Virus record (IMG/VR): IMGVR_UViG_3300049189_000088 | Span: 1-27,654 of that record | DNA length: 27,654 nt | Reading direction: 5' to 3' (one strand) | Origin: a virus | Lineage: Duplodnaviria; Caudoviricetes | Part shown: positions 22,635 to 27,654 of the stretch, in pieces | Position numbering within the stretch: position 1 is the first letter of the stretch | Layout: each line of letters starts with the position of its first letter | Made by a program: the position numbers and the translations under genes | The notes under the pieces: generated by a model | What the model was told of the DNA's origin: nothing | What the model saw: only the letters and a program-made list of their open reading frames with translations | The model's database searches: none

Positions 22635-22663
22635 TTGACCACTAAGTCACCAGTGACTAAGAT
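22635..22663 (+). promoter_or_regulatory. sigma70-like promoter for post-lysis operon
   Basis: TTGACC 22635-22640, 17 bp, TAAGAT 22658-22663; box 9 fills the spacer. Confidence 0.7.
22643..22660. repeat. 18-bp palindromic box 9 TAAGTCACCAGTGACTAA
   Basis: One mismatch to consensus; intergenic. Confidence 0.9.
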
Positions 22664-22687
22664 TCTGCCTTCATTCGAGGAACAAAC

Positions 22688-23182
22688 ATGCCCATCGTTT
22701 CCAGCGACATCAAGCAACGCCTGAGCGGCGGCGCCGGCAACAGCTCCGCCAATGCGTCGCTCGGCGGCGTCAAGAGCTCCAACGACGCCCCTTCGGCCCT
22801 GTTCGACAACGTCTCGAGCGGCGAAGCGATCGCTGGTTCGACCGAGTACCGCTGCGTCTACGTGCACAACGCGCACGCGACCCTCACGCTCACCGCGGCG
22901 AAGGTCTGGTTGCTCGCCAACACCCCGAGCCCCGACACCACGGTCGACATCGGTCTGGGCAGCTCGGCGGTCAACGGCACCGAACAGACCGTCGCCAACG
23001 AAACGACGGCGCCCACCGGCGTCAGCTTCTCCGCTGCTGGCACCGAAGGCTCCGCCCTGGCGATCGGCGACATCCCGCCGGGCCAGCACAAGGCGGTGTG
23101 GGTCCGGCGCACGGTCAACACCAACACCACCGCGGCAAACGACACCTTCTCGCTGCGCGTCAAGGGCGACACGCTGCCCTAA
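22688..23182 (+). CDS. Probable virion structural protein (beta-rich)
   Basis: GAGGA RBS; 164 aa; highly biased codons; LSGGAGNSSANASLGG...LFDNVS...EYRCVYVHN...VWVRR motif seen in phage structural hypotheticals. Confidence 0.65.
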   Translation: MPIVSSDIKQRLSGGAGNSSANASLGGVKSSNDAPSALFDNVSSGEAIAGSTEYRCVYVHNAHATLTLTAAKVWLLANTPSPDTTVDIGLGSSAVNGTEQTVANETTAPTGVSFSAAGTEGSALAIGDIPPGQHKAVWVRRTVNTNTTAANDTFSLRVKGDTLP

Positions 23183-23201
23183 GCGCAACGAAAGCTGAAC
23201 G

Positions 23202-26200
23202 GTGGCAACCCCGACCAACGGCTCGTACAACGCCCCCTTCGGCGCCACCGCTGGCGTCTACGGCGGACGACAGAGCCCACACACCCCTCCGGCATTCACG
23301 GCTGCGCCGGTCATCCTGGGCATTCCCACGGAGGGCGTTCCGGTTGCCTTCAACTCGGGCACCTGGACGGGGTCACCCACGCCGACCGCGACCCGCCAGT
23401 GGCTGCTCGATGGGGTGGACATTCCGGGCGCGACGGGCTCCACCTACACGCCCACGAGCTCCGACGTGGGCAAGCAGCTGGCGGTGCGCCAGGACATCAG
23501 CAACGTTGCGGGTGTCGCCAGCAGCACGAGCACCGCGGTCACGATCGCCGCCGGCGGAGGCGCCGGCGACACGGTCGTCTCCTTCTCGCTGAAGACGACC
23601 AACGCGGGCACTGCCACCTACCCGTTCTACCTCACCCACCCGTTCGGCAAGGGTGAGATCCCCACGACGCTCGCGTGCAGCGGGCTCTCCGACTATCGAG
23701 TGGCGGTGCTGCGTCGCTGGAACGACGGCAGCGTCAAGCACGCACTCATCATGGGTCAGGCGAACCTGACCCAGAACACGCCGCTCACGGTCGCCATTGC
23801 CCCGGGCACGCCGCCCTCGTCGGGCACCAACCGCGCGCAAACCGACATCCCGGTCGGCACCTACAGCATCGGCATGGGTGGGTTCGGAACCTTCACGTTC
23901 GCCCCGCGCACCGACACGCCGTACTACAGCTTGCAGACGCCGCTGTGCGGCGAGTTCTGGTTCCGTCAGATCGACCCCAACACGAAGATGATGGGCTGCA
24001 TGGGCGTGCGCGTCTACATCGACGGGCGCGTGCAGTGCAAGCCGTTCATCGCCAATGGGCGCCTGGACAACGGGTCGGGCGCCAAGGACACCACGATCGT
24101 CGAGCGCGTCTTCGTGCCGACCTTCGTGGTCAACGGCGTGCAGGTGTTCAACAACGGCGGGGTCAACGCCACCCTGCGCAAGGGCGCCCGCATCATGGGC
24201 GACAACACCGAGGACGGCTGGTACTGGACGAACGGCAGCAACCCGAACATCACGCCCAGCTTCGATGTGGACTACCTCGTGTCCACCGAACTGGTGCCGA
24301 TGTACGGCTACGGTGTACCGAGTGAATCCGACCTGGCGGCGCTGATCCAGAACTATGTTCTCGGCAGCAATGGTCAGCTCTGGGCGGACATGGGCGGACC
24401 CGGTGCGCAGTTCCAAATTGGGCCGTTGACCGACGCCGATGCGAAGTACCTCAGAAGCGGTGACCCACGGGCCTACCGCGCCGTGCTGTGCACCTCCTCG
24501 TCCCTGAACAGCTACAACATTGCGAATGGTCTTACCGCCGATGGCAACGTCCTGAAGCCTAGCTCGTTCGGCACCTGGACCCAGGATGGCCCGAACCAGG
24601 GTGGCTCCAACAACGCAGGCAACAGCGCTTACGTCTGGGACATCGCGCACCACGGCAGCGGCGGCTATCTCGCGTACATGCTGACGGGTGACCGCTGGCA
24701 CTACGAGACGATGATGCTGCAGATGGCGACTGCCTATCTGTGCGTGCACTCGGCAGCCGGCAGCGGTGTGAACCGCAACATGACGGGCCCGGATCTCGAA
24801 AGCCAACAGCAGATCCGCGGTCACAGCTGGACCATGCGCACGCTGGGGCAGCTCGCCGCCATCGCGCCTGACGCAGAGCTGGCAGCCGGGCAGATCGCCG
24901 CGGAATACCGCACGCTGCTGGTCAACAACTACAACCAGTTGCTGGCGCGCGTTTATGACGGGTCGGCGCCCCGCAAGCTCAACATCCTGCACATCCGGGA
25001 ATACAGCCTGTGGGGACAGACTGGCGACATCCCGCTGTGGCAAGTGAACTTTGGCGTCATCACGCACGCGATGAACAGCGAGAACGACTGCGTGCCGGAT
25101 TCCGCCTACGCGGCGCTCGAGCAGGTGCGCGACTTCAGCTACGGCGTGCCCATCGGGCTGCTCGGCGTCAGCGGTCTCGCGCACAACCATGACTTCACAC
25201 GCGCCGCCGCCTACGGCAACAAGGTTGCCGATGACACCAACGGCAACGGGTTCGCCAAGAACTGGGGCGATTTCCACCTCAAGAACTACGGCAGCCTGAA
25301 CACCACAGCATCGAACACGCTGACGGGTACGGACACCGCAAACCCGGAAAACCTGATCGACGACAGCTACTGGGCCATCCTCCACTGCGCCATCTCCTAT
25401 GCCGTGCAGCACCGGGTCGAGGGCGCACTCACCGCCTACCGTCGTCTGCACAACGCAACCAACTGGGCAACCGGTGAGGCCACGCTCGCGCAGAACTCGA
25501 AGTGGGGCATCAAGCCGCGCTCGATTCCTTCGGTGCCGTACAGCTTGCCCAGCACGGTCAACACCTCCGTGCTGGTGGGCACGAACACGGCGCGCTCCAT
25601 CAAGCCCAGCGGTTGGACCGATGGGCAGTTCGACCTGAGCACGTTCCACCCGTACGGCGGCGGCGTGCATGTTCCGTGGTACGGCAGTGCCGGCGCGTGG
25701 ATCTTGGCGAACCCCGGCGGGCACAACAACCAGGGCCTGCTGGGCTGCATCGGCTTCGACATCGGCACCCAGACCTGGTTCTTGCTCCCCAACGCAAACG
25801 GAGTGACGTTGGACTCGGCGCCGGTGTGGCCGGCAGAAGCGAACGCCTCGCCGTGGTACGAGATGCTCGAGGCCACATCGGGACAGATGCCGGCACCGGG
25901 GCACATCTACGCCTCGCACGTAGCGCTGCGCCGCGGCAAGAAGGGTGTGGTCATCTCTCCCACCCGTGGCGCGATGTTCGACGGCCCCAACGGCGGCAAC
26001 TTCTCGTCGCCCTCGGCGCACCAGGTGGACTTGGAGACGGGGCTTTTCACGCGCGCATGCGCCAACGCGAACGCCTCGTCGACCATCCACGTTGAAGGCT
26101 CGTCCGCCTACGACCCGGTTGACGGTCGGATTTACTTCACCGACTCCGCGTTCTGGACTCGTCAGTTCATCTCGTACATCCGTCTGAGCGACATGACGTT

Positions 26201-26666
26201 CCAGACGCTGCCGCTGACCGGCTGGCCGCCGTCGGGCACGCCTGGCGAGTACACCAAGATGACGATCATCCCGGAACGCCGGATGCTGCTCATCGTCGAC
26301 GGTGCCGGCTTGCTGTTCGGCGTGGACCTGACACAGACGACGCCCACCATCACGCAGCTCGCGACGGATGGGCCCGGGTTCGCGAACAACAACGGCGCGA
26401 ACACCTGGGTCTGGGTCCCGCGCAAAGGCAAGCTGTACCAGAAGGGCTCGTCCACCGGCAACGTGCTCAACACGATCACGCCGCCGCAGACCGCCCACGG
26501 TCTCACTGGCAACTGGACCAAGAGCAGCGTGACGATCGGCGGCTCGGGCATGCCCAACCGTGTCGAGACGCAGGAGCACTACACCTGCCTGTTCTACAAC
26601 GAGGTGACCGATTGCCTCGGCTGGATCGCGGGCACCACTCAACAAGTGGCACATGCCTTGGTTTGA
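23202..26666 (+). CDS. Large multidomain protein: Ig-like + putative glycan lyase-like + beta-propeller
   Basis: 1154 aa; Ig-like RQWLLDGVDIPGATGSTYT; LRRWNDGSVKHALI resembles the N-terminal barrel of the PcRGLX/YetA family; helical core; C-terminal GGH/HIY/YDP propeller blades. Start codon uncertain. Confidence 0.6.
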   Translation: MATPTNGSYNAPFGATAGVYGGRQSPHTPPAFTAAPVILGIPTEGVPVAFNSGTWTGSPTPTATRQWLLDGVDIPGATGSTYTPTSSDVGKQLAVRQDISNVAGVASSTSTAVTIAAGGGAGDTVVSFSLKTTNAGTATYPFYLTHPFGKGEIPTTLACSGLSDYRVAVLRRWNDGSVKHALIMGQANLTQNTPLTVAIAPGTPPSSGTNRAQTDIPVGTYSIGMGGFGTFTFAPRTDTPYYSLQTPLCGEFWFRQIDPNTKMMGCMGVRVYIDGRVQCKPFIANGRLDNGSGAKDTTIVERVFVPTFVVNGVQVFNNGGVNATLRKGARIMGDNTEDGWYWTNGSNPNITPSFDVDYLVSTELVPMYGYGVPSESDLAALIQNYVLGSNGQLWADMGGPGAQFQIGPLTDADAKYLRSGDPRAYRAVLCTSSSLNSYNIANGLTADGNVLKPSSFGTWTQDGPNQGGSNNAGNSAYVWDIAHHGSGGYLAYMLTGDRWHYETMMLQMATAYLCVHSAAGSGVNRNMTGPDLESQQQIRGHSWTMRTLGQLAAIAPDAELAAGQIAAEYRTLLVNNYNQLLARVYDGSAPRKLNILHIREYSLWGQTGDIPLWQVNFGVITHAMNSENDCVPDSAYAALEQVRDFSYGVPIGLLGVSGLAHNHDFTRAAAYGNKVADDTNGNGFAKNWGDFHLKNYGSLNTTASNTLTGTDTANPENLIDDSYWAILHCAISYAVQHRVEGALTAYRRLHNATNWATGEATLAQNSKWGIKPRSIPSVPYSLPSTVNTSVLVGTNTARSIKPSGWTDGQFDLSTFHPYGGGVHVPWYGSAGAWILANPGGHNNQGLLGCIGFDIGTQTWFLLPNANGVTLDSAPVWPAEANASPWYEMLEATSGQMPAPGHIYASHVALRRGKKGVVISPTRGAMFDGPNGGNFSSPSAHQVDLETGLFTRACANANASSTIHVEGSSAYDPVDGRIYFTDSAFWTRQFISYIRLSDMTFQTLPLTGWPPSGTPGEYTKMTIIPERRMLLIVDGAGLLFGVDLTQTTPTITQLATDGPGFANNNGANTWVWVPRKGKLYQKGSSTGNVLNTITPPQTAHGLTGNWTKSSVTIGGSGMPNRVETQEHYTCLFYNEVTDCLGWIAGTTQQVAHALV

Positions 26667-26675
26667 CCACGCAGA

Positions 26676-26693
26676 TAAGTCACCCGTGACGTA
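26676..26693. repeat. 18-bp palindromic box 10 TAAGTCACCCGTGACGTA
   Basis: One mismatch to consensus; intergenic. Confidence 0.9.
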
Positions 26694-26699
26694 ATACAA

Positions 26700-27654
26700 A
26701 TGGCATTCAATCCTCTCAACGCCCTGTCGCCGACCGACAACTTCAACCGCGCCAACGGCAACATCGGCGCGGACTGGACGCACATCCGCGAGTTGTCATG
26801 GGACAACATCCCGCCGCAGATCGTGAACCAGGTCCTCGTCGGCAAGGCCGGCGGTGTCGCGCACTACCAGGTGGCGCGCTGGGCGGGCACGGGGACCTTC
26901 ACCGACGACCAGTACGTCGAATTCACGCTTGCCGGGATCGCGTTCAACGGTGACGGTTTCCTCGCCGGCGGCGTGGTCCGCTGCTCTGCGGACACAGACA
27001 CCGCGGCGGACTTCTACGGGGTCTACATCCTCGACGACGCGCCCAACGGTGGCAATCACACGACCGTCGTCTTCAAGATGGTCAACGGCACGTCCACGCC
27101 CATCGCGACGCTGACCAACGTCGCCTGGTCGAACGGCGACAAGGGTCTGCTGTCGGTCGTCGGGTCGACCATCCGTCTGTACAAGAACCGCGGCACGCCA
27201 ATCGGCACATGGACGAACCAGACCGACATCCCGTCCGGCGGCAAGGCAGGCGTGCTCGTCGGTGGCAACGCCACCGCGGCGATGGGCATCGACGAGGTCG
27301 AGCTCGGCAACGTGACGTCGAACGACCCGCCGACCTTCAGCGGCCCGAACATCGACGACATTACCGTCACGGTCAACACCTCGATCGGCTCGACCGACTA
27401 CAGCGGTCGGTTCACCGACGCCGGCGACACGCTGACCTTTGCCGTGGTGGGCACGCTGCCGACCGGCGTGAGCCTGTCCAGCGCGGGCGTGCTGAGCGGC
27501 ACCCCGACCCAGACCGGAACGTTCGCGGGCCTGGTGATCCGCGCCACGGACACCGCAGCGCAGACGGTCGACAGCGACACGTTCACGATCACCGTCAACG
27601 CCGCGGGCGACACGACGCCGCCGACGCTCTCGAGCCCGACCAGCTCCGCAACGG
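26700..27654 (+). CDS. Lectin/ConA-like + putative Ig (He_PIG-like) domain protein (3' partial)
   Basis: ATG 26700, open to the window end: MAFNPLNALSPTDNFNRANGNIGADW...DDQYVE... then GTLPTGVSLSSAGVLSGTPTQTGTF and DTTPPTLS; absent from ORF track. Confidence 0.75.
   Translation, partial: MAFNPLNALSPTDNFNRANGNIGADWTHIRELSWDNIPPQIVNQVLVGKAGGVAHYQVARWAGTGTFTDDQYVEFTLAGIAFNGDGFLAGGVVRCSADTDTAADFYGVYILDDAPNGGNHTTVVFKMVNGTSTPIATLTNVAWSNGDKGLLSVVGSTIRLYKNRGTPIGTWTNQTDIPSGGKAGVLVGGNATAAMGIDEVELGNVTSNDPPTFSGPNIDDITVTVNTSIGSTDYSGRFTDAGDTLTFAVVGTLPTGVSLSSAGVLSGTPTQTGTFAGLVIRATDTAAQTVDSDTFTITVNAAGDTTPPTLSSPTSSAT

Noticed and set aside
24678-24695. ATGCTGACGGGTGACCGC and similar partial matches (e.g. AGGTCACGGTGAACCT near 10355)
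   Set aside because: Lack the TAA/TTA arms or have the wrong spacing; explained by ordinary codons.
175-26693. Boxes as CRISPR repeats, matS, parS, dif or integron attC sites
   Set aside because: Spacing is kilobases, not spacer-sized. matS is GTGAC-N3-GTCAC (opposite polarity and spacing). Canonical parS is TGTTTCACGTGAAACA. No XerC/D arms or attC structure, and no recombinase in the window.
26663-26695. TTGACC upstream of box 10 as a promoter
   Set aside because: The nearest -10-like hexamer (CGTAAT) is 21 bp away, outside the normal 16-18 bp spacing.
5542-26783. Very long minus-strand ORFs (e.g. 5542-8280, 8656-10605, 11907-14696, 23373-26783) and alternate-frame + ORFs (e.g. 12608-14710)
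   Set aside because: Shadow ORFs of GC3-biased + strand genes; Arg/Ala/Gly-rich with no recognisable motifs, and fully overlapping well-supported genes.

Overview
High-GC tailed-phage (siphovirus-type) virion morphogenesis region, with all supported genes on the + strand. Gene order: end of a scaffold-like gene, HK97-type major capsid, head/neck genes, tail tube, tail assembly chaperone pair made by a -1 frameshift, a 1400-aa tape measure, a lambda-like tail tip (M/L/K-like genes plus a fused I-J hub/fibre of ~1940 aa), accessory tip genes, a lysis cassette (holin, GH24 endolysin, second membrane protein, overlapped spanins), an HTH-metallophosphoesterase, and a separate post-lysis operon of Ig/glycan-interacting proteins that runs off the window. 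From memory, the capsid, tube and chaperone sequences resemble those of SSU5/pHCM2-type phage-plasmids; this needs confirming by search. The most striking unexplained structure is an 18-bp palindrome, consensus TAAGTCAC-NN-GTGACTTA, present 10 times at 0.9-5.3 kb intervals. Nine copies sit at gene junctions, six of them overlapping sigma70-like promoters, and one is embedded in-frame in the tail fibre gene using rare codons. This suggests a multi-operator/roadblock or DNA-organising system whose cognate protein is not clearly in this window.
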